From positions 1-48,729 of the forward strand of contig JAFYUU010000010.1 in NCBI GenBank assembly GCA_017549445.1: DNA of 48,729 nt, read 5' to 3'. Below are positions 9,907-20,244 of this stretch, one piece after another. The translations under genes were made by a program, and so were the position numbers. The DNA comes from Alphaproteobacteria bacterium (GTDB taxonomy: Bacteria; Pseudomonadota; Alphaproteobacteria; Rs-D84). The notes beneath the pieces were generated by a model. That model saw only the letters and a list, made by a program, of their open reading frames with translations. It had not been told where the DNA came from and ran no database searches. Position 1 is the stretch's first letter. Each line of letters starts with the position of its first letter.

Positions 9907-10230
9907 ATGAAACCTGAAACAAAATCCTCGGACGTAAAAGCCCTGGAACGTGATATGAAATTCTACTTGGCCACTGCCAAAATCAACAAGGGTGTATCCC
10001 TGGCCATCTACTATGCTGGTCTGTTGACCGCCATGGGTGGTGTTGGCTATGCATTTACCCGTGACACATTTGCATCTGGCTTGGAAACGGCTGGTGCTGG
10101 TGCGATTGTGGGTGCAATGATGGTTGGCTGTGCCGCGGTTATTCGCCAAATGAACCCACGTCTTTTGCGTGACTATGTTGAAACACGTGATATGTTGAAC
10201 CAGGTCAAAGATTTACAAAAGCAAAAATAA
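9907..10230 (+). CDS. Small two-TM hypothetical protein (ends LQKQK)
   Basis: RBS AAAGGA, two Gly/Ala-rich hydrophobic segments, stop overlaps the next ATG. Confidence 0.8.
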   Translation: MKPETKSSDVKALERDMKFYLATAKINKGVSLAIYYAGLLTAMGGVGYAFTRDTFASGLETAGAGAIVGAMMVGCAAVIRQMNPRLLRDYVETRDMLNQVKDLQKQK

Positions 10231-10499
10231 TGTCCACATTCAGTCCACAGTTTAATCGACCACCACAAAAGAATAATAACAACAATCATAAAAATTACTT
10301 TATGCCTGTTTTTATTACATTAAATGGTATGTCAACGGGATTACTTATCAGATGCACTCGTGAAATGATTTCCAATGGCTATGACAGCACACTGATGCTA
10401 AGTGCCCTGTTATACCTGTTGGTGTGCATCCGCACTGGTGAACGCATCTATCAAATTCATCAGTCAAACAAAGGGGACAAAAATGACAACCAAAGATAA
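10230..10499 (+). CDS. Small two-TM hypothetical protein (ends DNQR)
   Basis: TAATG coupling to the upstream gene; two hydrophobic segments. Confidence 0.7.
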   Translation: MSTFSPQFNRPPQKNNNNNHKNYFMPVFITLNGMSTGLLIRCTREMISNGYDSTLMLSALLYLLVCIRTGERIYQIHQSNKGDKNDNQR

Positions 10500-10794
10500 C
10501 ACGAATGATTTGATTCATTCCTATCAGGAACTGCTGGACAACACGCAAAGCCAATATCGCAAAAGCAAAACCATCGGCAATTCTTGCTATGTTGCATCTG
10601 CGATGTGCCTGTTTGTATCCATTTTTTGTGCAACCAAAGAACACTATGATTTGGCCACAATAAATGCACTGATTTGTGCTTTTAATGTATTTACTGGCCG
10701 ATTAAACAAAAAAAATGCACAAAGTTGTCAGATGCGTGCAGATTCAATCAAAAAGATTTTATCTGACCTGACAACAGCACAAAAGGTTAAATAA
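10483..10794 (+). CDS. Small two-TM hypothetical protein (ends AQKVK)
   Basis: ATG 10483 after RBS AGGGGA, overlapping the previous gene; two hydrophobic segments. Confidence 0.7.
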   Translation: MTTKDNTNDLIHSYQELLDNTQSQYRKSKTIGNSCYVASAMCLFVSIFCATKEHYDLATINALICAFNVFTGRLNKKNAQSCQMRADSIKKILSDLTTAQKVK

Positions 10795-10821
10795 AAACCG
10801 CCAAACGGCGGTTTCTTTTTT
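10793..10821. terminator. Bidirectional intrinsic terminator
   Basis: aaaaaccgcc-aaac-ggcggtttcttttt between convergent genes. Confidence 0.8.
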
Positions 10822-12546
10822 TTAGATTGTCATACGATCTGCAATCTGCTGTTGCACATATTCATCTTCACTGTTATACAATGGCCAGTTTGCCCCTGCC
10901 AATTCCTGCAACGAAGTCAACGGTTGATTCAATCGTGCCCGATACAGCCACAAATTCGCCATCACACGTTTAATATAGTTTCTGGTTTCATACGCAGGAA
11001 AACTTTCAATATACAACAGCGGGTCGTATGTATAGAACGTCTTTTCGAACTTGGTCAATGTTCCCATACCTGCATTATATGCCGCCAGCATTTTGATAAT
11101 GTTATTTTCAATATTTGGATGTGCCAGCAAATCTACAATATACTGTTGCCCCAGATACATATTATGCTCGGGATTACTCATATCCATCTGTGAAATATCC
11201 AGATTATTTTGTTTTGCGACCCTTTTAGCGGTGCTGGGCATCAACTGCATAACACCATTTGCCCCTGCCCCCGATTTGGCGGTTGTGCGGAAACCACTTT
11301 CCTGCTTGGTAATTGCGAATAACAAAGCCCTGTCAATAGACCACCCTCCCATCGGTTCCCAATCTGGCACAGGATATTGTGCCGAATAAATAATATCATC
11401 ATCTATTTCCAGGATTCCTCTGTCTTGAATAACACTGGCCGCCTGAACCGACACACGTGGCAAACCATATGCCGTTGCCACAGAATTTACCGCATGCAAC
11501 TGCCTGTCACTGGCCTTGGACGTAATCAACAACTTCATATATTCTTCTGCCCTGTCCTTTCGTCCAACCTGCAACAGTGCCAACGCCCGTTTTCCATACT
11601 TGGTCTGACGCAGTTCATCAATATCATCTTGGGTGCAGTCCTGCTCAAAAAACTCATACTGTGGCACGCCCCCCAACATTGTCGCCGACAACGCCCCATA
11701 GAATGCCATTGGGAAATTTGCCGCCACCGACCAATATTGCCGTGCCATATCATGCCGACCGTTAAAGTCCGCCGCCCGTCCGGCCCAGAATGCTGCTTCT
11801 ATTTTGCGTGCATTGTTTATATGTTTCAATTCCAGTATTTGACTGAAATACTTTTGGCTTTCTTCATAATTCTCTTCCTTAAAGTAAATCAGCCCCATTG
11901 TCCACAAACCATACTCGGAATCCGCATCCGAAGACACAAATCCCCACTTTTTGGCCAACTCGGTCTCGCCATTGGTATAGTAAATATATGCCAAGCGTCC
12001 CGCCAACCGCCCATAATCGGACTCGGTCAATTTGCGTCTAAAAGACCTGCTTTCCAAAATTTCCCGTGCAACCTTGGTGCTACCACTGCGTATTGCCCGC
12101 TTAAACTCGTTGATTTTTTTATCTGTCGACCCCGAATACTTTTTCGCGGTCCAGTTTTCGGACTGAGGTGTTTCAATCGCCCCACCACCACCACTAATCG
12201 ATGTCGGCAAATTCGGCTTTTTAACGGCAACTTTTTTGACATTGCCCAACTTTTGCATACGCACCGCCCCCGGCATATCATTGTATTTATTCATCCAGTC
12301 CGCAACTTCCTGACCCCGTGTTTTATACGAATCAGAAAAGAAGCGTTGATATAACACCTCGTTCAGCAACAAATCATCTTCCAATTGCGACTGCAACTTT
12401 TGTGCCGCCGATATTTTTTCTTTATCTTGCAATTGAAAGATTTGCTGATACAAACTGGCATCTGCATCACCCAAGACCCGAATATCATTCGCCGACACGG
12501 CAAACGGCATCAACATTGCGATAAAAACTGCTATTATTTTTTTCAT
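10822..12546 (-). CDS. slt: Soluble lytic murein transglycosylase (SLT domain with TPR-like N-terminal region)
   Basis: AITKQESGF, GANGVMQLMPSTA, AAYNAG, IESFPAYETRNYIKRV; signal peptide. Confidence 0.9.
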   Translation of the reverse strand: MKKIIAVFIAMLMPFAVSANDIRVLGDADASLYQQIFQLQDKEKISAAQKLQSQLEDDLLLNEVLYQRFFSDSYKTRGQEVADWMNKYNDMPGAVRMQKLGNVKKVAVKKPNLPTSISGGGGAIETPQSENWTAKKYSGSTDKKINEFKRAIRSGSTKVAREILESRSFRRKLTESDYGRLAGRLAYIYYTNGETELAKKWGFVSSDADSEYGLWTMGLIYFKEENYEESQKYFSQILELKHINNARKIEAAFWAGRAADFNGRHDMARQYWSVAANFPMAFYGALSATMLGGVPQYEFFEQDCTQDDIDELRQTKYGKRALALLQVGRKDRAEEYMKLLITSKASDRQLHAVNSVATAYGLPRVSVQAASVIQDRGILEIDDDIIYSAQYPVPDWEPMGGWSIDRALLFAITKQESGFRTTAKSGAGANGVMQLMPSTAKRVAKQNNLDISQMDMSNPEHNMYLGQQYIVDLLAHPNIENNIIKMLAAYNAGMGTLTKFEKTFYTYDPLLYIESFPAYETRNYIKRVMANLWLYRARLNQPLTSLQELAGANWPLYNSEDEYVQQQIADRMTI

Positions 12547-12558
12547 AGAAACAAAACC

Positions 12559-13059
12559 TCAAAACAGGGTCGTTTTCGGCAGTGCACACACATCTGCACC
12601 CTCGTCCGCCTCGGGGATTTGGTCAATAATTTTCTTAAAGTCCGCCACACGTGAAAATTTACGATACACGGAAACAAAGCGAACAAACGCAATCGGATCC
12701 AAATTCAACAACGAATCCGAGACCATCTGCCCAACCATAACACTGGTCACCGTATCATCTGGTGCCTCGGTCTCTAACCGGCGATGAATTGACGTAACCA
12801 GCCGTTCAATTTGTTCATCACCCACCTCGCGATTTCTACATGCCAACTTGATACTGCGACGCAGCTTTTCACGATCAAACGCCTCTAACTTACCGCTATT
12901 TTTACGCACCATCAGATCACGCATTTGGATACGTTCAACGGTCGTGAACTTTGCACCACACTGGTTGCAAACACGACGACGGCGAATAATCGCATCTTCA
13001 ATATCTGGTCTGGAATCAGTCACTCGACTGTCCGTAGAATTACAATATGGGCATCTCAT
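12559..13059 (-). CDS. nrdR: Transcriptional repressor NrdR
   Basis: MRCPYC...DSR...RRRRVCNQC...FTTVE zinc ribbon, ATP-cone, AFVRFVSVYRKF. Confidence 0.95.
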   Translation of the reverse strand: MRCPYCNSTDSRVTDSRPDIEDAIIRRRRVCNQCGAKFTTVERIQMRDLMVRKNSGKLEAFDREKLRRSIKLACRNREVGDEQIERLVTSIHRRLETEAPDDTVTSVMVGQMVSDSLLNLDPIAFVRFVSVYRKFSRVADFKKIIDQIPEADEGADVCALPKTTLF

Positions 13060-13239
13060 ATTGCAATACGATAGCAACGAAATCACACAATCGCAAGCAG
13101 AATTTATCATACGACCCAAAATGAAAAAAATGCATTTTCATAAAAATCAAGCACTTTATTTCACAAACCCTGCCCCACCACGAAATTTTTTACCCCAAAA
13201 ATATGGTAAAATACATCTACGGAGAGAATCACGAGAGAG

Positions 13240-14340
13240 ATGCAAAAATACCTGAATAAAATCTTGGCTGGCGACTGTCTTGAAATTATGCGTGGCATAC
13301 CAGACGCGTCGGTTGATGCGGTATTTGCGGACCCTCCATATAACCTACAATTGGGGTCAAAGACCCTGTATCGTCCCGAAGATCAAACGGCGGCACGTGC
13401 CGTTCGTGATGAATGGGATTCATTTACATCATCTGCCGAATACGATGAATTTACCCGTGCCTGGCTGGCGGAGTGCAAACGTGTGCTAAAACCCACCGGT
13501 GCCATGTGGACAATCGGCAGTTATCATAATATTTTCCGTGTTGGCTCAATTTTACAGGATCTGGGCTTTTGGATTTTAAATGATATCGTCTGGGTCAAGA
13601 CCAACCCAATGCCAAACTTTCGTGGCACCCGTTTTACCAATGCCCACGAAACATTGATATGGGCAACCCCGACCAAAACAGGCAAATACACCTTTAATTA
13701 TGAAACAATGAAGAAATTAAACGGTGGCAAACAAATGCGTTCCGACTGGGATATCAACATTTGCCTGGGCGAAGAACGGTTAAAGGGTGCAGACGGCAAA
13801 AGTTTGCACAACACACAAAAACCATTGGATTTATTGCACCGTGTAATTTTGGCATCAACCAAACCTGGCGACATTATTCTTGACCCCTTTGTCGGCAGTG
13901 GCACCACCGCCGCCGCTGCCCGTGCCCTGGGACGCCAGTTTATTGGTATCGACCAAGACGAAACATACGTTTGTGCGGCCCGTTCCCGTGTTGCTGGCAC
14001 CACCCCGATTGACTTATCTGATATCGAGGTCACCGCCCCCAAACGTGCCGAAATCCGTGTCGCATTCAAGGAACTTATTGACGGCGGTCTGCTGTTTGCG
14101 GGTCAAACCCTGGTCAGTCCACGTGGCGAACGTGTCATGATTACCCAGGACGCACAACTGACCCACCCCCTGTATGGCAAGGCCTCAATCCACGTCATGG
14201 CCGCCAAACTGCAACGCAGCGTCAGTTTCAACGGCTGGGATTATTGGTCCGCCCAAAAACAAGACGGCTCGCTGGTTCCAATTGACGAATTACGCAAATA
14301 TATCCGCAATATCAAACGTGATATGAAACAAGTTGCATAA
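13240..14340 (+). CDS. ccrM: Cell-cycle-regulated GANTC DNA adenine methyltransferase (beta class)
   Basis: FADPPYNLQL, IGSYHNIFRVG, NPMPNFRGTRFTNAHETLIWA, QMRSDW, HNTQKP, DPFVGSGTT, and a C-terminal NGWDYW domain. No restriction enzyme gene is adjacent. Confidence 0.92.
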   Translation: MQKYLNKILAGDCLEIMRGIPDASVDAVFADPPYNLQLGSKTLYRPEDQTAARAVRDEWDSFTSSAEYDEFTRAWLAECKRVLKPTGAMWTIGSYHNIFRVGSILQDLGFWILNDIVWVKTNPMPNFRGTRFTNAHETLIWATPTKTGKYTFNYETMKKLNGGKQMRSDWDINICLGEERLKGADGKSLHNTQKPLDLLHRVILASTKPGDIILDPFVGSGTTAAAARALGRQFIGIDQDETYVCAARSRVAGTTPIDLSDIEVTAPKRAEIRVAFKELIDGGLLFAGQTLVSPRGERVMITQDAQLTHPLYGKASIHVMAAKLQRSVSFNGWDYWSAQKQDGSLVPIDELRKYIRNIKRDMKQVA

Positions 14341-14351
14341 AAAACAGTTTT

Positions 14352-14385
14352 AATTAAAAACCGCCCAAATGGGCGGTTTTTAATT
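14352..14385. terminator. Bidirectional intrinsic terminator
   Basis: Perfect palindrome aattaaaaaccgccc-aaat-gggcggtttttaatt. Confidence 0.85.
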
Positions 14386-15795
14386 TCAATTTGCAAAGAA
14401 TCTGTTATAAACCTTTTCATTTACTTTGACCGGATATTCACGGTTCAAGAAAGAATTATAATCATCTTGCAAAGTGCGTTCTGCCCCCTGTTCCATTTCC
14501 TGACGCAATTTTGCAACTTGTCCCGCATCAACTTCGGGTTGTGCATGATTCCGCACCATCAAAACATAGAACGCATCTGTATCTGGCACAATCGTATTTG
14601 TCCCAACCGCATTGTTAAATGCCGCACTTAACACCTGTGCTGGTGCCCCCGATATGCGTGTCACCTGAACACGTTTACCACCAATTGCCTCGCCATCGTT
14701 GGCTGCAACCAAGATTTCATTTGCACGCACATATGCCTGCTTTTTCTGTTCGGCCTTTTTCCAACCTGCGACCAAGCCCTGCTTTACCTTCTCAAACTCA
14801 GCGGTATGCTCTGGCACAACCGAATCAACACGTGCAATAACGAACCCCTGCTTTACTTCCAACAATTCGCTTTCCAGCCCTTCGTCCATATTGAACAGTT
14901 GTTCCATCATTCTGTCGGTCAAGATTTCATCTGTCGGTCTATTTTCAGCACTGATTGATTTCAGTTCCACAAACTTGGCCCCGTGCTTTTTTGCAGTATC
15001 TGCCAACGTTTCCCCTGCAATAATATCATCTTCGACCTTGATTGCGATTTCACGTCCTGCATCATAAGCATCTGGTTTATCCATATCTGCTTCAACCAAC
15101 ACGTATGACACGGTGCGTGTTTCTGGGATTACTTGTGGATTTTGTGCATAATAACTTTTCAACTGTTCGTCCGTTGGATTTACAGTTGCAAAGTCCTTGA
15201 ACTCAACCACGGCATATTCTATATCACGTTTCGCATTACGTGCATTATATGTCGCAGTTGCCACAAATTCAGGCACCTGTGTTGGCACCGACACCATCCC
15301 CAGCACCATTGAACGCAACACCTGCTTACGCAACACATCTGCGAATTGTGCTTCGGTATATCCGGACTCGTTCAGCACCGTATCAAACAAGAACGCCGAG
15401 AACTGTCCCCCCTGTTGAAATTCTGGGAATTCACGAATTTCACGTGCGATTCGCACATCAGACACTGCAAATCCCAAATCACCGGCACGGTTTTCGGCCA
15501 TGCGTTGGGTAGTCAATGTCGCCAAGATACGTCCCTCTACCGCCTCTTTGACAACAGGGTCAGTGTAAAAAGCACGCTGTTCATCACGTGCCATCTGGGC
15601 CAATTCCCGATTTTTTTCCAGATTATATTGTTGCATTGTCACTTCACCTTTGCCGACATGCACCAACGTGGTATCGGTTGCAACATTACCGAAAATCCAC
15701 TCGGCCACGCCCCATCCCACGAACGAGAAAGCCAACAAAGCAATTAAAAATTTCGCAACAGGTTTTTCTGCCGCATTACGTAAATATTCTAGCAT
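14386..15795 (-). CDS. SurA N-terminal domain / PpiD-like periplasmic chaperone
   Basis: MLEYLRN...LIALLAFSFVGWG N-terminal anchor, GFAVSD...FQQGGQFS, PETRTVSYV; PpiD-type architecture. Confidence 0.8.
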   Translation of the reverse strand: MLEYLRNAAEKPVAKFLIALLAFSFVGWGVAEWIFGNVATDTTLVHVGKGEVTMQQYNLEKNRELAQMARDEQRAFYTDPVVKEAVEGRILATLTTQRMAENRAGDLGFAVSDVRIAREIREFPEFQQGGQFSAFLFDTVLNESGYTEAQFADVLRKQVLRSMVLGMVSVPTQVPEFVATATYNARNAKRDIEYAVVEFKDFATVNPTDEQLKSYYAQNPQVIPETRTVSYVLVEADMDKPDAYDAGREIAIKVEDDIIAGETLADTAKKHGAKFVELKSISAENRPTDEILTDRMMEQLFNMDEGLESELLEVKQGFVIARVDSVVPEHTAEFEKVKQGLVAGWKKAEQKKQAYVRANEILVAANDGEAIGGKRVQVTRISGAPAQVLSAAFNNAVGTNTIVPDTDAFYVLMVRNHAQPEVDAGQVAKLRQEMEQGAERTLQDDYNSFLNREYPVKVNEKVYNRFFAN

Positions 15796-15863
15796 TTTGT
15801 CCCCTTTTGCGATACCATAGCAAAACGAAACAGAAAAAATCAACGAAAAAAAGGGAAATTTTC

Positions 15864-16568
15864 ATGAAAATTATTGCAGGGAATTGGAAAATGAACGGTT
15901 CACGTTCAGAACTTGAAAAAATGGTATCAGATTTAGAATCCGTTGACACACAAAACACGGTAATTTTATGTGTTCCATTTACGATGTTGGGCGTATCTGG
16001 CTGTCGCACATTACTGGGGGCCCAAGATGTCAGCACCCACACCCACGGTGCCTATACTGGCGAAGTTTCTGCCCAAATGATTGCGGACACTGGTGCCAAA
16101 TACGTCATTGTTGGCCACAGCGAACGTCGCCAATATCACGGAGAATCGAACAACACCGTCCGTGAAAAGGCAGAAATGGCACTGGCCAACGGTTTGATTC
16201 CTATTATCTGTGTTGGCGAAACAATGGCTGAAAAGCAGGCCGGCAAAACCATGGCTGTAATTGAATCAGGTGTCCGTGAATCAATTCCATCTGACGTTCA
16301 AACGGACATTATTGTTGCCTATGAACCACGTTGGGCAATTGGTGCGGGCCTGACCCCGACCCATGCAGAAATTGCCACTGCCCACAAACTGATTGCGGAT
16401 ACATTGACCCAAATGGGTCTGTCTGGCACACCTATTTTATATGGTGCATCGGTCAACGGCGACAATTCAGCGGACATTATGTCTATTGCAAACGTAGACG
16501 GTGTATTGGTTGGTGGTGCGTCCTTGAAAAGTGAAAAATTCATACCTATAATAACCAGTGTTAAATAA
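15864..16568 (+). CDS. tpiA: Triosephosphate isomerase
   Basis: IAGNWKMNG, GAYTGEVS, GHSERR, AYEPRWAIG, LVGGASL. True start is 15864. Confidence 0.97.
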   Translation: MKIIAGNWKMNGSRSELEKMVSDLESVDTQNTVILCVPFTMLGVSGCRTLLGAQDVSTHTHGAYTGEVSAQMIADTGAKYVIVGHSERRQYHGESNNTVREKAEMALANGLIPIICVGETMAEKQAGKTMAVIESGVRESIPSDVQTDIIVAYEPRWAIGAGLTPTHAEIATAHKLIADTLTQMGLSGTPILYGASVNGDNSADIMSIANVDGVLVGGASLKSEKFIPIITSVK

Positions 16569-16598
16569 TCATATAATATACAAAGAAATGGAAACGGT

Positions 16599-17117
16599 AT
16601 GAACAACGAAGACAAAAAGATTCAACCAGAAACAGTATCGATTGAAGATGCAAAAACTGCCGAACCGGCACCTGAATCTGAAATTGACACATTGCGTGCC
16701 CAGTTATCTGAAATGAACGACAAATATCTGCGCCTGGCTGCGGAATTAGAAAACACCCGTCGTCGTTCTGCGATTGATGCAGAATCTCGGGCCCGCAATC
16801 GTGCAATGGCTGTGGCAGAAAAAATCCTTCCTGTAATGGATGCGATTGAATCCGCCCTTAAACTCAGCCCAGATGACGGAGGCATAAAATCCATGGCACT
16901 GGCTATGGAATCCGCCTTTGCCCAGATTGGCATTACCAAGATTGAATCAATTGGCACAGTATTAAATCCAATATTTCACAATGCGATTCAAATGGTAGAT
17001 TGCCCATCAAACACCGACCCAAAGCCCGCCCCCAACACCATCGTAGACGAGATGCAGTCGGGTTATATGTTTGGCGACACCGTCTTGCGAACCGCAATGG
17101 TAATCGTTTGTAAATAA
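16599..17117 (+). CDS. grpE: Nucleotide exchange factor GrpE
   Basis: YLRLAAELENTRRR, LPVMD, NPIFHNAI, QSGYMFGDTVLRTAMVIV. Confidence 0.95.
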   Translation: MNNEDKKIQPETVSIEDAKTAEPAPESEIDTLRAQLSEMNDKYLRLAAELENTRRRSAIDAESRARNRAMAVAEKILPVMDAIESALKLSPDDGGIKSMALAMESAFAQIGITKIESIGTVLNPIFHNAIQMVDCPSNTDPKPAPNTIVDEMQSGYMFGDTVLRTAMVIVCK

Positions 17118-17130
17118 AAATTTACACCAT

Positions 17131-17161
17131 AAAAAATCCCCCAATTGGGGGATTTTTTTTT
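17131..17161. terminator. Bidirectional intrinsic terminator
   Basis: aaaaaatccccc-aatt-gggggattttttt. Confidence 0.85.
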
Positions 17162-18213
17162 CAATATGGTGACGACAAATGTCGTTCCAAAACCGGAATT
17201 CCAAAAACTTTTACCTTCTTGCATCTAGAATTATGGCTTACCAAAACAATTGGCCTTTTTATCCCCGGCAGACAATAGGCATAATGATACCAGCGGTCGG
17301 CCTTTAACACATCAATTACCCCCTGGGGGTTGTTATACCTTAATGCCAAGAACAATGCATGCCTTCTTTTTATCAGTTCCTGGGGATATTTCAATCTTTG
17401 TGCGATATCGCACACTGCGATTGCAATTTTTTCTGCAACCTCGGGACCATTATAATATATAGTATGACACAAATGCAGAAAATAATATTTAATTACCCCC
17501 AAATGATAATCTTCCGGGGACACATGATCTGCCATATTAAAAATATCCACGATTTGATTTACTGCACTGATATAGTCCTGGGTTTGTTTATCGGTCCACA
17601 CACGCACATTGGCCCCATCAACCCGTCTGAAATAGTGATACGCCACCCCTTTGACATGAATAATAGGTTTTGGCATATGCACCTTGACACTGGATTCGAA
17701 CACAGAATCTTCTGCGATAACTAACCTGGGGAAATGCAAATTATATCGATTCAAGAATTCCCGCAAATACACCGCCGACCAAGAATACATCCAATGATAA
17801 TGGCTTTTCTTTACCTCTATCTTTTTCTTAAATGGCTTTCCATTTACAGGATGTTCCACAATATCCCCACACACAACTGGGGTTTGTGTTTTTTCCGCCA
17901 CATCAATCAGTTTTTTGTAAAAATCAGTATCAATCCAGTCATCAGGATCAACAAATCCAACGAACTCGCCCTTGGCCAAATCTATACCACGATTACGGGT
18001 AAATCCAACCCCCATATTTTCATCGTTTTCGATAACACGGATTCTTAAATCACCCTTTTCCCAATCCCTCAACACATCTAACGTATTATCTGTTGATTTG
18101 TCATCAATACAGATAATTTCCATATCCGTCAGGGATTGATTAGTCAAACTCATCAAACAACGTGGCAAATACTGAGCAACGTTATAACAAGGCACAATAA
18201 TTGATAATTTCAT
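17161..18213 (-). CDS. Glycosyltransferase family 2
   Basis: SIIVPCYN, IDDKSTD, TRNRGI, FVDPDD, and an ED motif. Confidence 0.92.
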   Translation of the reverse strand: MKLSIIVPCYNVAQYLPRCLMSLTNQSLTDMEIICIDDKSTDNTLDVLRDWEKGDLRIRVIENDENMGVGFTRNRGIDLAKGEFVGFVDPDDWIDTDFYKKLIDVAEKTQTPVVCGDIVEHPVNGKPFKKKIEVKKSHYHWMYSWSAVYLREFLNRYNLHFPRLVIAEDSVFESSVKVHMPKPIIHVKGVAYHYFRRVDGANVRVWTDKQTQDYISAVNQIVDIFNMADHVSPEDYHLGVIKYYFLHLCHTIYYNGPEVAEKIAIAVCDIAQRLKYPQELIKRRHALFLALRYNNPQGVIDVLKADRWYHYAYCLPGIKRPIVLVSHNSRCKKVKVFGIPVLERHLSSPY

Positions 18214-18219
18214 TTTTTA

Positions 18220-19200
18220 TCACCCAAATATTTTCATAAACAACCACAATATGAAACGTTTTGTCCATGGCAAATATTTTGTGGGCAATATATCCGTTCC
18301 ATAAATCTCATTCAGGCATTGTGCCGCCACATGCATCATACGACCATTGGCCAGCGTATTTATCACCATGTCACCAATAATCATATCTTGATAGTTTTTA
18401 TAGAAATGTCGCTGATATGCCTTGCCATAATATGTATCCATAATCCACCGCAACCGTCGCATGGTTGGCGGAATCCACCGGAACGACTTTTGATTAAATG
18501 GCGAAGCCGAAACCGACCGTCGTGCCATACGATGATACACAACCATACCCTTGGTTTCAACAATACGACGTGCATGGGGCAGTGCCTCGTAAATAAAGCA
18601 TGTATCTTCGCCTGGATACAATTCTTCATCAAAACGAACATTTTCCAGAACATGCCGTCTGAACAACCGTCGCCACACCCACACAATACGATGCGTCTCC
18701 CCCAGGTATTCCATCTTCATTACATCCTGGGTATTAAATCCCAAAACAATAAAAGGCGGATTTGTAAAAGAATCCGATGTCATATCGCCCAACTTGAAAT
18801 CATCGGGCACACGCACCCCACCACCACCAACGATATCCGCATTATTTTGCTCGCCACATTCATACAGCATTTTTAACGCATCCTGACAGAAACAGTCATC
18901 TGCATCCAAGAACCCAATCCATCGTCCACGTGCCATATTTAGGCCCACATTACGTGCATGTGATGCCCCATGGTTTTCTTGAAACACTGGTATTATACGT
19001 TTATCACGTTTGGCCCAACGTTCAATAATCGGCCCCGACCCGTCAATAGACCCATCGTCAACCACAATACATTCCCAATCTGTGAAAGATTGCGATACAA
19101 CACTTCGCAGACAGTCGTCCAGATAAATATCATTATTATAATTTGCAACAATAATCGAAATTGTTGGCGATTTAGTATTTTGCTGTTTATTATTGCTCAT
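18220..19200 (-). CDS. Glycosyltransferase family 2
   Basis: SIIVANYN, VDDGSID, ARNVGL, FLDADD, and a GED motif. Confidence 0.92.
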   Translation of the reverse strand: MSNNKQQNTKSPTISIIVANYNNDIYLDDCLRSVVSQSFTDWECIVVDDGSIDGSGPIIERWAKRDKRIIPVFQENHGASHARNVGLNMARGRWIGFLDADDCFCQDALKMLYECGEQNNADIVGGGGVRVPDDFKLGDMTSDSFTNPPFIVLGFNTQDVMKMEYLGETHRIVWVWRRLFRRHVLENVRFDEELYPGEDTCFIYEALPHARRIVETKGMVVYHRMARRSVSASPFNQKSFRWIPPTMRRLRWIMDTYYGKAYQRHFYKNYQDMIIGDMVINTLANGRMMHVAAQCLNEIYGTDILPTKYLPWTKRFILWLFMKIFG

Positions 19201-19327
19201 TTTTCTTCAACCTGTTCCATGGCATTTTTCTAAAAACCTTTTCCCCTCCGCCATAGCAACCAAATGAGTCGCCACTATTCTCCCACAAGAATTTTTCTGC
19301 TAATTTTTTCAACTTTTTCTGTCGCAT
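19190..19327 (-). CDS. Possible 45-aa basic peptide bridging the Cys-rich genes and the GT2 genes
   Basis: Manual translation MRQKKLKKLAEKFLWENSGDSFGCYGGGEKVFRKMPWNRLKKNEQ. RBS GGGGA upstream; the 3' end overlaps the GT2 start. Confidence 0.4.
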   Translation of the reverse strand: MRQKKLKKLAEKFLWENSGDSFGCYGGGEKVFRKMPWNRLKKNEQ

Positions 19328-19344
19328 ATTATCCCCTACAAACA

Positions 19345-20229
19345 TTATGATGCATAGTGACAATTATTCACAAATGCCCACTTATCCCCACTGGGTTCTG
19401 TAAATTCCAACCCCACGGCCACGTAACACCCCGTCACACTCGCCGTCCCCAGTGATGACAGCCCTGCAACGGGACTGGGCTTGGTTCCCGATGGTGTTGG
19501 ATAATATGAATAACACGATATACAAGATGTCGCCGCAGAAACTTTATTTGCAAATGTATTTTCTGGGCAAATACCACATACTGTCGCACCGGTTTGGGAT
19601 TGAAAATACCCTGTCGAACATGCGATGCACGAACGTGCTCCTGAGCTTGCCATATAATACCCCGATGCACATGGGGTGCATGTGCTGGCCATTGAAACCG
19701 ACGAATATCGCCCCGATGGACACAAAATAGAATAAAATCCATTGCAATAATATCCGGGATTACAAATTGAACAATACGATGCCGTATTTTTATAATAACC
19801 TTTAACGCAACTACATACCGCCCCCGTACAAACACTATGCACATAGTCATACGCCGGATTCCCACTCGCAACCGTTCCCGATGACCCAGAGACATACTGA
19901 CCAGCACACACACCTTGTCGACACGACAGTACCGAATTATATTCAGTTGACGTTAAACACATACACAATGTAGATGACCACGCTACCGGCAACAAACCAT
20001 GGTTCTGTGCTTCCAATGAGCCCCCAATCCCCGCGGCTGATAAAATATCTGTTGCATACAAGGCCCTATAATATGTACTATTCCCACAATAACTAGTGCA
20101 AGCTGATGCATTCGACGTATTTGTGTATTTCACATATCCATTCGCATCCGTATGATATACCAAGTTCACCATACCAACCAAAACAACCAGCATCACTCTC
20201 TTGAAAAATCCCAAATTCAGCGTTTTCAT
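19345..20229 (-). CDS. Secreted Cys-rich protein with CxxCxxGxY repeats
   Basis: N-terminus MKTLNLGFFKRV resembles that of 628..1512; CSICNPGYYC, CTPCASGYY, CIACSTGYF repeats. Confidence 0.85.
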   Translation of the reverse strand: MKTLNLGFFKRVMLVVLVGMVNLVYHTDANGYVKYTNTSNASACTSYCGNSTYYRALYATDILSAAGIGGSLEAQNHGLLPVAWSSTLCMCLTSTEYNSVLSCRQGVCAGQYVSGSSGTVASGNPAYDYVHSVCTGAVCSCVKGYYKNTASYCSICNPGYYCNGFYSILCPSGRYSSVSMASTCTPCASGYYMASSGARSCIACSTGYFQSQTGATVCGICPENTFANKVSAATSCISCYSYYPTPSGTKPSPVAGLSSLGTASVTGCYVAVGLEFTEPSGDKWAFVNNCHYAS

Positions 20230-20244
20230 ATCACCCTCTCCATT

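Noticed and set aside
11377-12354. 325-aa plus-strand ORF
   Set aside because: Antisense shadow of slt with no recognisable motifs.
13240-14340. Restriction-modification system
   Set aside because: Solitary methyltransferase with CcrM signature motifs; no endonuclease gene is adjacent.
15588-15863. N-terminal extension of tpiA
   Set aside because: Overlaps the divergent ppiD-like gene; the canonical TpiA start is 15864.
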